Assembly (NCBI GenBank): GCA_963729625.1
Contig: CAVSOU010000017.1
Span: 256,001 to 320,000, forward strand
Direction of reading: 5' to 3'
Length of the DNA: 64,000 nucleotides
Origin: an uncultured bacterium
GTDB lineage: Bacteria > Chloroflexota > UBA5177 > JANWHV01
Every line of letters starts with the position of its first letter. The stretch's first letter is position 1. Positions 41,065-51,250 of this stretch are shown piece after piece. Both the position numbers and the translations under genes were made by a program. The notes under the pieces were generated by a model that did not search any database, was not told where the DNA came from, and worked only from the letters and a program-made list of their open reading frames with translations.

Positions 41065-42855
41065 ATGTGCGGAATCTTCGTCTACAGGGGAGCCCGTGGG
41101 GACGCCGCGGCGGTGGTGCTCGAGGGCCTCAAGCGACTGGAGTACCGCGGTTACGACTCCTGGGGACTGGCAGTGCCGACGCAGGACGGGCTGCGCGTCG
41201 AGCGGCGGGTGGGGAAGATTGGTGGGATCGCGGCGACCGACGCGCGGATTGCGAGCTTGAGCCCCAGCCGGGTGGCGATCGGCCACACACGATGGGCAAC
41301 GCATGGAGGTGTGACGGAAGAAAACGCACACCCACATGTCTCGTGCGACAACCGCGTGGGCGTGATGCACAACGGCATCGTGGAGAATGCCCCCGAGCTG
41401 CGCACGGAGCTGCTGGCGCGAGGACATGTCCTCAGGAGCGAGACGGACACGGAAGTCGTGGCGCACCTGGTTGAAGAATCGGTCAAAGAGCATCCGCTCG
41501 CGGAGGCCGTCCGGCTGGCGTTCAATCGCTTGCGCGGCCGCAACGCGATCGTGGTGCTGGATGCAAGCAGCGGCGACGTGGTCGTGGCCAAGAGCGGCTC
41601 CCCGATCGTCGTGGGGTTGGCTGGGACCGAGGAAAGCCCGGAGTACTTGGTGTCGTCTGACATGCCGGCGCTGCTCAAGCATACGGATCGGGTCATCTGG
41701 CTCGGCGACCATGAGATGGTAACGGTGAGCGACGTACTGGCGTTTGCTGCCACCGCGGACGGGCACGAGCTGCAGCCCCCGGCGGAGAGGGTGGGCTGGG
41801 AGCCTGAGCTCAGCGAGCGGGGTACGTTCCCGCATTTCATGATCAAAGAGATATTCGAGCAGCGCGATGCGGTGCAACGGGCGATCAACCAACCAGACGC
41901 TTTGTTGAGCGACGTGGCCGCCGTGATCCGCATTGCCCAAGAGGTCTGTTTCGTCGGCTGCGGCACTGCCGGCGTGGTGGGGAAGATAGGGACCTACTTC
42001 TTCTCGGACATTGCCGGCCGCGCCACGACGGCGGTACTGGGGAGCGAGTTCAAGAACTATCGCCACTCGATGCACGAGCGTACATTGTTGGTGGCGATCT
42101 CGCAGAGTGGCGAAACGGCCGACTTGCTGGAAGCGGTGGACGTCGCGCTGGCCCGGGGCAGCCGCGTCGTGGCCGTGGTGAACGTGCCGGGCTCACTGCT
42201 GACCCGCAAGGCGCATCACACCCTGCTGGTGCAGGCCGGTCCCGAGAAAGCCGTCGCGTCGACGAAAGCCACGCTGGGACAGATCGCGGTCCTGGCGCTG
42301 CTCGCGCACGCCGCGGCCGGGCAGGCCGCGCACGGGCGGGCGCTGCTCACGAACGTCGCATCACATATGGATGTACTGACGACACCGGAGTATCTGCAGC
42401 GAATCGAGGCGTTGGCGACGCGCCTCGCGGGCGCCAGCGACATCTACACGATCGGCAGGGGCATCAACTATCCCGTAGCGCTGGAAGCGGCGATCAAGAT
42501 CCAGGAGGTGAGCTACATCCACGCCGAAGGTCTGGCGGGCGGTGAGCTGAAGCACTATGCGATCGCCCTGATCGGGCCGGGGACACCGTGTGTGATTCTG
42601 TCGTCCAACGACGACATGCGCGCCGAGATCTTGAGCAACGCGGCGCAGGTCCGAGCGCGAGGCGGCATGATCATCGGCGTCGGCCCTGAAAACAACCCGC
42701 TGTTCGATGAGTATCTTCCGGTTCCAGACGGCGGCAGTCTATCGCCGCTGCTCAGTCTGATGCCGCTCCAGCTTCTTGCCTACTACCTTGCCTGCCGCCG
42801 AGGGCACGACCCGGACATGCCGCGGAACCTGGCCAAAAGCGTCACGGTGAAGTAA
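41065..42855 (+). CDS. glmS: Glutamine--fructose-6-phosphate aminotransferase
   Basis: MCGIF, LEYRGYDS, GHTRWATHG, ISQSGETAD, VASTKA, PRNLAKSVTV; AGGAGG RBS. Confidence 0.98.
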   Translation: MCGIFVYRGARGDAAAVVLEGLKRLEYRGYDSWGLAVPTQDGLRVERRVGKIGGIAATDARIASLSPSRVAIGHTRWATHGGVTEENAHPHVSCDNRVGVMHNGIVENAPELRTELLARGHVLRSETDTEVVAHLVEESVKEHPLAEAVRLAFNRLRGRNAIVVLDASSGDVVVAKSGSPIVVGLAGTEESPEYLVSSDMPALLKHTDRVIWLGDHEMVTVSDVLAFAATADGHELQPPAERVGWEPELSERGTFPHFMIKEIFEQRDAVQRAINQPDALLSDVAAVIRIAQEVCFVGCGTAGVVGKIGTYFFSDIAGRATTAVLGSEFKNYRHSMHERTLLVAISQSGETADLLEAVDVALARGSRVVAVVNVPGSLLTRKAHHTLLVQAGPEKAVASTKATLGQIAVLALLAHAAAGQAAHGRALLTNVASHMDVLTTPEYLQRIEALATRLAGASDIYTIGRGINYPVALEAAIKIQEVSYIHAEGLAGGELKHYAIALIGPGTPCVILSSNDDMRAEILSNAAQVRARGGMIIGVGPENNPLFDEYLPVPDGGSLSPLLSLMPLQLLAYYLACRRGHDPDMPRNLAKSVTVK

Positions 42856-42910
42856 GCTCGCCGCTATGCTGTGACAGACTGCGTTCAGCAGAAACAGTTG
42901 GACGCGAGTA

Positions 42911-45900
42911 CTACATCGTGCTTTTATCCGTGAACACGGCGTAGCCCCGCCCCGGTTGCGCTCTGAAGGTCCCGCCTGTCGGAAGGAGCGCACCCGCACC
43001 GTCATGGGCACTGGGCGCCCACCGCCCGCCTGTGTAGCCGTCTATCTCGGCATAGGAACCCCCGTTTGCCGTGAGAAGGCCGGAGAGAATGGAATATGCG
43101 TCCGGTCCCGTCGTGCTCGTAGCCTCAGGGAAGCCGATCAGGTTCCAGCCGGCAGAGAGCGGCACATGTTGTGCTCCAACCGCCACCCCGATGACGTCGA
43201 TGCTGCCCGCCCTGTCGCTGTAGAGCGCATAGCCGCGGCCCATCTGCAGGTTGAAGTTGTTGCTGCTCATGCCAAGACCGTCGACGGTGTCATCATAGAC
43301 GCCCGCACTCCATCCGCCGGAGCTGTAGCTCGCGATCTCGGCGTAACCTCCAGGCGTGAGGCGGTTCAGGGCGGCGAGCATCGACTGGGCATCCTGCGTG
43401 GTAGTGGGCGAGATGGGCAATGTGATCAGGTTCCAGCCGGCTGCAATTGGGATGGTAGCTGCCGACCCGCAGCTGCCTGTGAGCAACGAGCAGGTCAGCG
43501 ACTGTCCCGCGGCAAGCGCAAGGTGTGCTATTGGTTGGCCGCCGTACTGCTCTGCCCCCGCGGCATTCAAGCCGGTGACGGGGACCGTAACCGGTGTCGT
43601 CGCGGTGAGCGTGATCGTTTGCCAATTGCCCGCCGTGCCTCTGGTAATGAAGCCCGCTATGCCGGCGGCGTTATACTGTGCCCGGGCTGCCATGCGCTGG
43701 CCGATTTGCTTCATGCTCGGGCTCTCAATGGGGAGGTTGAAGTAGCTCTGGTACTTGTCGATCGTGGCATTCATGAGGTCGGTGAACACCGAATGGGTCC
43801 CGTCGTACGCCCTGAGGTTGGCCATGTGGAACATCAACGGATCCATGTCACCGTTGAGCATATATGTAACGATGGTGCTGCTTTCCCGGCTCAGCAGATT
43901 CTGGTAGGACTGGGGGAGATCGGCGGGGTCAGAGCCGCCGACGTACCACGAGCCTGACGGGTAGAAACAGTTGTCCTCGGCCACCCACTCGCCCTGATTC
44001 GTGACGTTGTAGTACAGGTTCGTGGGATGGCGAGGGATCATCAGAATGCTGGGCGCCCCCCACTGGTTGTAGTTTCCGGTATTCGGCGACGGGTTGTTGT
44101 AATCGGTGGGGTCCGTATCATATGTGGTCGCGCCGGTGTGTGAGCTATCGCCCACCACGTACTGTATGCCGAAAGCGACTGCCGTAGCCAGGAACGTGGG
44201 ATTCGTCAGGCCCGAGTATTCCGGGTTGACCATCTCCCCTTTGTAGTAGTTGGTGAGCGTCGTCGTCATAGCAACCGCGTCGTTGTCAGCCAGCTCCTGC
44301 TGGTAGGTAAGAGTCGTGTCTGTCAGCGCGTCTGAGTTGGAAATCGGCACGGTCCAGGTGCCCAGGTTGCCATGGTCGTACGTGTGGTTGATCCAGTTGA
44401 AATCCGGCTGATAGGTCGGGAGGGCTGTCGCGAGGGAGTCTGGGACCGTGCCCCCCCAGCCCGTAGGGTTCACGTACCCCGCGCCGTTGAAGGCGAAGCT
44501 GATGCCCAGTTGCTGCGCGGTTGGTATGAGAGCATGGGTGCTCGTCAGCCAGCTGTCGAGGACACTCAGATCAGCCCCGGTCATCCTGTAGGCCGCGTTA
44601 CCTTGCGCGTCCGTAGCCGTGCCACATGCCGGGTACTGGCCTGTCGCCTTCACGAGCCATTCGTCGTCGTCGATGAAGACGTCGTCAAGCTGCGGGCTCA
44701 GGTAGACGTGCCGCTCGCCCAGGAATGCGCCGTGCGCCACCCAATTGATCAGGCCGTAAGCGAGCACCAGCGTGTGGGTAAGGACCGGACTGCTGTCGAA
44801 CGTGAGGGATAGCGTCTGCGCTCCGGCAGGATCGGAGTGGATCAGACCCAGGGAGTCCGTCTCCGTGATACTTCCGGCACTCGTGAGGAGCGGAGTGGAG
44901 TGCCCGCCGACCCCCACGCCTTGCAGGTAGGCGTCCGATGCGGCCGGCGCGAGATACGTGTAGGCGAGGCTGCTGATAGGCAACCCCGATACGGTGTTCA
45001 CGTAGGTGAAGATTCCCGCGCCGTCGCTGGTGAAGGTTGCCGTTGGAGCAAAGAAGCCGGCGAAGGGGCTCAGATCCGGCGACTGGTAGCCCAGGGCGGG
45101 CTGTGGATATGCATACCAGACCACTGTGCGCGTGCAGAAGGTGTGCTGGTAGTTGATGAGCGCGCTTATCTCGGGTAGGGCGTACACGTTACTTGAAGCC
45201 AGTATGACACCATCGTAGTTGCCCTGCGTCTGGGTCCCGTTTGAGAGCCCGGCAGCGGTGAGAACATCCTCGGTCACGCTGGGTCCGTACTTTACCCCGT
45301 TGGTCGAAAGATTAAATCCGGTGCCCGTAGCAGAGCTGTAGAGGCTGGTCGTGGAGGCTATGTACAGATCGTACGGCGCGCCCATATAGTCCATGGCTTG
45401 CGCGATCGCGGGCAGGTCGGCTTCCGTGCCGTTGTTCGAGACGACCAGCACCTTCGTCGCCAACGTCTGCTTCGACGCGGGCGCCGCGCAGGTAGCCGGT
45501 GCGCCAACTTCCATCGGTCCGATTGCCAGCGGATGTGCCAGGCCACCGCCCGGAGTCGCCGCCGGGGGCGCCAGCGGCTTGGAGGCGATCGGTGTCGGAG
45601 GCAGCGGCCCAAGTTCCAGCCTCTCACCTGACGACGCTTTCCGCGTCGTGGCTGCGGCTGCCGCCGACGTCAAGGACGCCGGCGCCGTGCCCGTAGCTGT
45701 GGCGACCGGCACCGTTGCCGTGGCAGTAGCTACCGGCGCGGTCGCGGCAGGGACCGACACAGTTGCCATATCACCAGAAGCAGTCGCAACCGCTGTGTCT
45801 GTAGAGGCCCGGCTTTGTGTCAATGCGCCGGTTGCGCCGGCCTGGCGTGCCGACGGACCAGTGGTGTAGACGAGCGTTGCCGAGAGGACGAGAAGGACGA

Positions 45901-45940
45901 GCAGCGAGAATCTTGTCCAATGTCGTGGCGCTGTACTCAT
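42911..45940 (-). CDS. Secreted Agd3-like polysaccharide deacetylase with C-terminal GWNL repeats
   Basis: Signal/TM and Thr/Ala linker; LDDVFI, WINHTYDH, YSGL, PRHPTNLYYNV, LMFHMANL; two xAGWNLI..GRGY repeats. Confidence 0.75.
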   Translation of the reverse strand: MSTAPRHWTRFSLLVLLVLSATLVYTTGPSARQAGATGALTQSRASTDTAVATASGDMATVSVPAATAPVATATATVPVATATGTAPASLTSAAAAATTRKASSGERLELGPLPPTPIASKPLAPPAATPGGGLAHPLAIGPMEVGAPATCAAPASKQTLATKVLVVSNNGTEADLPAIAQAMDYMGAPYDLYIASTTSLYSSATGTGFNLSTNGVKYGPSVTEDVLTAAGLSNGTQTQGNYDGVILASSNVYALPEISALINYQHTFCTRTVVWYAYPQPALGYQSPDLSPFAGFFAPTATFTSDGAGIFTYVNTVSGLPISSLAYTYLAPAASDAYLQGVGVGGHSTPLLTSAGSITETDSLGLIHSDPAGAQTLSLTFDSSPVLTHTLVLAYGLINWVAHGAFLGERHVYLSPQLDDVFIDDDEWLVKATGQYPACGTATDAQGNAAYRMTGADLSVLDSWLTSTHALIPTAQQLGISFAFNGAGYVNPTGWGGTVPDSLATALPTYQPDFNWINHTYDHGNLGTWTVPISNSDALTDTTLTYQQELADNDAVAMTTTLTNYYKGEMVNPEYSGLTNPTFLATAVAFGIQYVVGDSSHTGATTYDTDPTDYNNPSPNTGNYNQWGAPSILMIPRHPTNLYYNVTNQGEWVAEDNCFYPSGSWYVGGSDPADLPQSYQNLLSRESSTIVTYMLNGDMDPLMFHMANLRAYDGTHSVFTDLMNATIDKYQSYFNLPIESPSMKQIGQRMAARAQYNAAGIAGFITRGTAGNWQTITLTATTPVTVPVTGLNAAGAEQYGGQPIAHLALAAGQSLTCSLLTGSCGSAATIPIAAGWNLITLPISPTTTQDAQSMLAALNRLTPGGYAEIASYSSGGWSAGVYDDTVDGLGMSSNNFNLQMGRGYALYSDRAGSIDVIGVAVGAQHVPLSAGWNLIGFPEATSTTGPDAYSILSGLLTANGGSYAEIDGYTGGRWAPSAHDGAGALLPTGGTFRAQPGRGYAVFTDKSTM

Positions 45941-47076
45941 AGTCGTCACCCTTCTTCCAATCACACGCCCGGCCCCCAGGAGCATGGTGACAGGCCGGTC
46001 GACCCGATCGCGGACCCAGCGGACCTAAATCAATGCAGGACTCCGATCACGCACGAACCGGTCAGAGATTCCCACGCGACGAGCTCTTTGCGGTCCTTTG
46101 TAGCTCAGGAAAGTCAGATCTCCGTGAGATTGACGTTTGCGGGCCATAGGCGCAACTCCGGCGCTTCCGCATGGCGCGTTCCACATGAGCACCCGGGTGC
46201 GCCCCGCGGCGATCCGCCAATCTCGACGGACGCCAGCCACCAGCCACTCCGCCAGAGACCATGTTCGGTCGGAAATTGCCCACGATGACAATAGGAAGTG
46301 CGCTCATCGTGTTCTCATTTCCGTCTCAATCGGTTGCGTACATTTCCTAAGAACAATACGATACTGCAGTCAGCGACCAACCTGCCGACCATACCTGCCT
46401 ATCACGAGAGCATATTCTGCTCTTGTTGACACTGGCGACGTGCTCATCTATACTTCGAACCGCCAGCACCAATACGGCCACGATTGTAGCACAACTGCAC
46501 CACGGGCAGCCATGGCCGGGGAATGGCCTATATGGTCGAAACTTCTGGAAAGAATGGCCACTCGGCGGATATGAGCGAACGCGTGTCGCGTTCATACTCG
46601 AAGTGACGATGTGCTCGCCCCCGTACCTTTGACGGGGGATGCAGGCTCGCAAAGGAGTACTCGTATGAGTGTGACGGTTGATTCTGGTAGTTGTGGTCCA
46701 GATTACCCTTCGCTCAGGCATTGCTCGCGCGCCAAGCGCTTCACGCGCCTTAAGGGCACGACTTCCCCCCAAGCCCCCCTGCCCACCAAGGGCACGCGCA
46801 CTGCCAAAGACATCGCCCACATACGCGACCTCACCCTTTACGTGGAGCTCCGGCTGCGACGCTCCGGGCCGACTGTGCGAGGCGGTGATGCGCAGCAAAT
46901 AGGCTTCAGTATTCATGCCTATGCCACGACTGGGCGTAGGCTGCGTCAACACGCGCTGAACGCCTTTGCATGCCGGACATGCGAGATGGCATAGCCACGA
47001 CGTCCGGTGAAGTGCGGCTGAGCATGGCAGCGGCGCACGGGACGGGGCGGCTTTCTCCTCTATTTCTTCGGAGGGC

Positions 47077-48528
47077 ATGGCAGTGACGACAGATCAGGCC
47101 CGAGGTTCTCCAGTGGAGGCTACCGTAGAATCGCCGGGGCACGCGTCCCTGGGGGTGCTTGAAGCATTCCTCGGGGTGCTCTTGGTGACGGGTATTGCGG
47201 CGGTGATTCCCGGACATTGGGGGCTGCTGGATGTACAGCCGCACCCCTTGTGGCTCGTGGTGATCGCCATTGCCATACGCTACGGCGTCCCTGCCGGTTA
47301 CGCCGTCGGCGCGTTCGCGGCATGTGGATACGGTGTCTTGCTGTACTTTCGGCCAGGGGCGGATGGCACCCTTGGACCTGAGCACGAACTCTTGCAGGTC
47401 GCACTCTTATTCGTCGGTGGCCTGGTCGCCGGCGAGCTCGTGCAAGCCGAGCATCGACGCCGATTACGCGCCGAGGAAGAACGCGGCCAGGTTGCCGCAT
47501 CGCTCGAGGAAGTCACGCAGCGATGCCAGGTACTGCAGGACGTGAAAGGAGAGCTAGAGCAGCGAATCGTTGGTCAAACGGCTTCGGTCATCAGCCTGTA
47601 CGATGCGGCGAAGCACTTGACAACGCTCGATGCCTCCGCGGTCTGCGAGGCTACCGTGAACCTTGTCGTGTCGTTTGTCGAAGCAGAAGCCTGCTCTCTC
47701 TACCTGGAAGATTCCAGTGGCCAGTTGCGACTGGAGGCGCACGTGCCACCTCTGCAAGCATTTCGTCGATCCGTGCTCGATCCCAGACAGGGGCTGGTAC
47801 GCTTGGCATTGCAGGAGCGTCGGGTCGCGACTCTGCGCGAGCAAGTCCTCAACGGCCAGGCGACCGCGGCCGATGGCCGCCAGGCAGTGATGGCAGGCCC
47901 CTTGCTGGATATTGCGGGACGCCCGTGCGGCGTCGTGGTGATCGAGCGCATTCCCTTCCTCAAGTTCACACCTGCCAGCGTTCAGCTCTTCGGTCTGGTG
48001 GTGGACTGGGCTTCTACAGCACTGCAGAACGCCGACGCCCACCATCAAATGCGCGCGAAGACCATTGTGGATGAGACAACGGGCGTGTTTACGCCGGCGC
48101 ACACGCTCGATCTGCTGCGGCAGGAATGCCTGCGTTGCCAACGGTATAATCTCCCTCTCTCGATTATTGTGCACCGTGTCCGTTCGTTCTCCCCAGACTC
48201 GCCGACGTTTGAGCCTCAGGCGGAGCTGCTCAAGAGGCTCAAGTTGCAGCTGCGACCGGTCGATATACTCGGACAGGCGGGCGAGTCTGGCACCTTCGCG
48301 CTGATTCTGCCATTGACGGATTTCGACGGTGCGCAGCGCGTCGCGGCGCGTATCCGCAGCGATGTATATGCTCACCTAGCACAGAATGGTAATGACCTCG
48401 TCAGCATTCGCATCGGTGTCGCGGCGTTTTCGTCCGCGCACCCTGAACCTGAAGATATGCTCTCGCGCGCACTGGCTGCAATGCAGGACGCCGCGCCGGA
48501 ACTGATTGTCGCCGAAGCGGTATCGTGA
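47077..48528 (+). CDS. pelD: PelD-like c-di-GMP receptor (TM-GAF-degenerate GGDEF)
   Basis: N-terminal TMs (PHP..RYG), coiled coil, GAF, DETTG, I-site RPVD, degenerate A-site AGESGTF; upstream of pelF/pelG. Confidence 0.75.
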   Translation: MAVTTDQARGSPVEATVESPGHASLGVLEAFLGVLLVTGIAAVIPGHWGLLDVQPHPLWLVVIAIAIRYGVPAGYAVGAFAACGYGVLLYFRPGADGTLGPEHELLQVALLFVGGLVAGELVQAEHRRRLRAEEERGQVAASLEEVTQRCQVLQDVKGELEQRIVGQTASVISLYDAAKHLTTLDASAVCEATVNLVVSFVEAEACSLYLEDSSGQLRLEAHVPPLQAFRRSVLDPRQGLVRLALQERRVATLREQVLNGQATAADGRQAVMAGPLLDIAGRPCGVVVIERIPFLKFTPASVQLFGLVVDWASTALQNADAHHQMRAKTIVDETTGVFTPAHTLDLLRQECLRCQRYNLPLSIIVHRVRSFSPDSPTFEPQAELLKRLKLQLRPVDILGQAGESGTFALILPLTDFDGAQRVAARIRSDVYAHLAQNGNDLVSIRIGVAAFSSAHPEPEDMLSRALAAMQDAAPELIVAEAVS

Positions 48529-48570
48529 AGGTCTTTGCGCCCTGAGGACCCAAAATGACTGGATAGCCAC

Positions 48571-49743
48571 GTGCTGCGACGACCATCACGTCAACTCAAG
48601 GGGGCGGTTCTCGCCATATGTGGCCTTGGCGCAGACTGCATTGCCGGTGTTTGGTTGCTGGTCGCCGCGGATACGCGCATACTGTGCCTCTATGTCCCTG
48701 CGGTGCTCACGTGGGTAGCAGGTATTCGCCTGCTTACCCTGCAGCAGGTCGACGTCGAGACCGACACCTACCGTTCAGCATGGCATCAGGCTGAAGGCGC
48801 CCCTCAACCGTCGTCGCCAAGCTGGCAGCAACTTGGGACTCTGATTCGTCTACACCGCCCCGGGGCACCTGAATCTTCCGGCGGACCCTCACGGCGTGCG
48901 GACGCTCTGGGGCTGGACGGTTGGACCGCCGTCGCCCTGATGCTTGGGTTATTGCCTTTTCCCGCGGTCGCTCCCCTGGGAATGAGCATTGCCCTGGGCA
49001 CAATCTGGCTGCTGCGACTGGTTCCCCGTTCACGAGCCGCGACGCACGCCCCGGCGATACGTAGCCTTGATACCGCGCACGCCCCGCGCCTCTCCGCAAT
49101 TCGCGAGTTGGAGGTGCAGCCTATTGTCGATATCCTTCGCGGGTCAAATCGTGCACTGAAACGAGCTGCCATTCGTGCGATCGCCCAGCAACCGAGCCGC
49201 GAACGCGTGCAACTGCTTCGAGATCTCCTGGTCGATCCGGATGCCGACCTTCGCGACGCAGCATCATTGGCTTTGTTCCGGCTGGAAGCAGGATTTGAAC
49301 GTGCATTGAACCAGGCAGAACATCGCGAAGGAGGGCCGCAACCGACAGAGTTGGCCGACCTTTATATGCGCTACGCCAGCAGCGGACTGCTCGACGATAT
49401 CTCAAGCACCTTGTACTTGCGCAAGGCATGCGATGTCCTTCGGCAGGCGATTGCGGAAGACTCACCTCACGCGGATCAGAAGTTCCAGCTAGCCTATCTC
49501 CTGAGCGATCTTGGCCTGGACATGGATGCACGAGCGGCGCTCGACTATGCACTCGACGACCGCCCGGCCAACGTGCGCAGCTATTTGCAGGGCATGGAGG
49601 TTGCCTTTCGCGGTGGCAGGTGGGAGCAGCTTCAAGCACTTGCCCGGCTGGCAGTGCCCGTCGCGACCTCCGACCCCCAGTCCGCCATGCTAGCCCGATG
49701 GTGGGCCGGAGTATCCGGCGAGCCCGCATGGAGCGAAGCATGA
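48571..49743 (+). CDS. PelE-like membrane protein with HEAT/TPR repeats
   Basis: TM helices, HEAT-like LLVDPDADLRDAA, YASSGLLD; position between pelD and pelF. Confidence 0.65.
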   Translation: MLRRPSRQLKGAVLAICGLGADCIAGVWLLVAADTRILCLYVPAVLTWVAGIRLLTLQQVDVETDTYRSAWHQAEGAPQPSSPSWQQLGTLIRLHRPGAPESSGGPSRRADALGLDGWTAVALMLGLLPFPAVAPLGMSIALGTIWLLRLVPRSRAATHAPAIRSLDTAHAPRLSAIRELEVQPIVDILRGSNRALKRAAIRAIAQQPSRERVQLLRDLLVDPDADLRDAASLALFRLEAGFERALNQAEHREGGPQPTELADLYMRYASSGLLDDISSTLYLRKACDVLRQAIAEDSPHADQKFQLAYLLSDLGLDMDARAALDYALDDRPANVRSYLQGMEVAFRGGRWEQLQALARLAVPVATSDPQSAMLARWWAGVSGEPAWSEA

Positions 49744-51245
49744 TCGCCGACGTCTGCGTGCTGATCGAAGGGACCTACCCCTACGCGCCCGGGGGCGTGT
49801 CTACCTGGACCCATTCCCTAATTGGAAATTTGCCCCAGTTCAACTTTAGCGTGGTGTACATCGGCTCCACGCCCGAGCAGCGGGGAAAGCTCTGCTATGA
49901 GCTGCCGAAGAATGTCGTCGACTTTCGCGAGGTCTATATTCATGACACACACGTAACGCGCGGACGTCGCTCCCCCCGACACAATCCAGAACTATGGTCG
50001 GCGCTCGCGGACTTCCACCTGGCCGGTGCCAAGGATATCCCTGGCGGCTACGGCGCTTTCGGTCGGTTACTATGTGAGTACGTCCCGAGCGAGATCTCCT
50101 CCTCCGACCTGTTGTTCGCCAGACAGAGCTGGGACATAATCACGCACCTCAATGCAATGCGCGCTGCGGATATCCCATTCACAGACTACTTCTGGACCTA
50201 TCGCTTCACGCACCTCCCGATTCTGAATTTGCTTAACGTCGATATCCCCAAAGCACGGGTCTACCATGCGGTGAGCGCTGGGTACAACGCCCTGTTGGGT
50301 GCTTTCGCCAAGATTCGCTACGGCTCGCCATTGCTGCTGACCGAGCACGGCATTTATACCCGAGAGCGTGAGATTGAAATCAGCCAGCTCGATTGGATCC
50401 GGAGTCCGCAGCATAGCGGCTACATCATATCGGCAAAGCCGGGCTACTTCCAGCAGTGGTGGATCGAGATGTTCAGGCACATGACTCGTTTTTCCTATGA
50501 GATTTCAGATCGCGTGATCTCCATCACCGGCGCGAACCAGCGCTTTCAGCTGCAGAACGGCGCCGACCCCGGCAAGATGATGGTCATTCCCAATGGCATC
50601 GATATCGATCGCATGAGCGGTGTGCGCAGGGAACGGCCGAGCACATCGGACTGCTTCACCGTTGGGTTCGTCGGACGCGTCGTGGGAATCAAGGATGTGA
50701 AGACCTTTATCCGCGCGATCAGAATTGCCAGCACCGTGATTCCGAACCTGTTGGTGTTGATCGTGGGACCGGAAGGCGAGGAGCCCGACTATGCCGCACA
50801 GTGTCATCAGCTGGTCGAGACTCTCGGGCTCTCAAGTGTCATCCAGTTCACCGGCTCTCAGGATGTCCGCGACTACTATGCGCGGATGGACGTGCTGGTG
50901 CTGACCAGCCTGAGCGAGGGGCAACCGCTGGTCATCCTGGAGGCGAATTGCGCGGGTGTGCCTGCGATTGCCTCCGATGTCGGCGCCTGTCGCGAGCTCT
51001 TGCTTGGCGACGCCGCCGATGACCGGGCGCTCGGTCCGAGCGGCCTGATTACTCCGCCCGCACATCCGCGCGCGACCGCCGATGCGCTGATCCGGCTGTG
51101 GCGAGATGAGGGCCTGAGAGAGCAAATGTCCACTGCGGGATTCGAGCGGGTGCGACGATACTACCGGCAGGAGACACTTTATGCGGCATATGACGACCTC
51201 TACGCGCAATACGCGCATGCCATGCCCGAAGAAGCCGGACGGTAG
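49740..51245 (+). CDS. pelF: GT4 glycosyltransferase PelF
   Basis: EGTYPY..GGVSTW, LLLTEHGIYTRER, GRVVGIKDVKTFI, SEGQPLVILEA. Confidence 0.95.
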   Translation: MIADVCVLIEGTYPYAPGGVSTWTHSLIGNLPQFNFSVVYIGSTPEQRGKLCYELPKNVVDFREVYIHDTHVTRGRRSPRHNPELWSALADFHLAGAKDIPGGYGAFGRLLCEYVPSEISSSDLLFARQSWDIITHLNAMRAADIPFTDYFWTYRFTHLPILNLLNVDIPKARVYHAVSAGYNALLGAFAKIRYGSPLLLTEHGIYTREREIEISQLDWIRSPQHSGYIISAKPGYFQQWWIEMFRHMTRFSYEISDRVISITGANQRFQLQNGADPGKMMVIPNGIDIDRMSGVRRERPSTSDCFTVGFVGRVVGIKDVKTFIRAIRIASTVIPNLLVLIVGPEGEEPDYAAQCHQLVETLGLSSVIQFTGSQDVRDYYARMDVLVLTSLSEGQPLVILEANCAGVPAIASDVGACRELLLGDAADDRALGPSGLITPPAHPRATADALIRLWRDEGLREQMSTAGFERVRRYYRQETLYAAYDDLYAQYAHAMPEEAGR

Positions 51246-51250
51246 AGCAC

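Noticed and set aside
46347-47078. 243-aa minus-strand ORF and overlapping small ORFs
   Set aside because: No recognisable domain or RBS; atypical composition.
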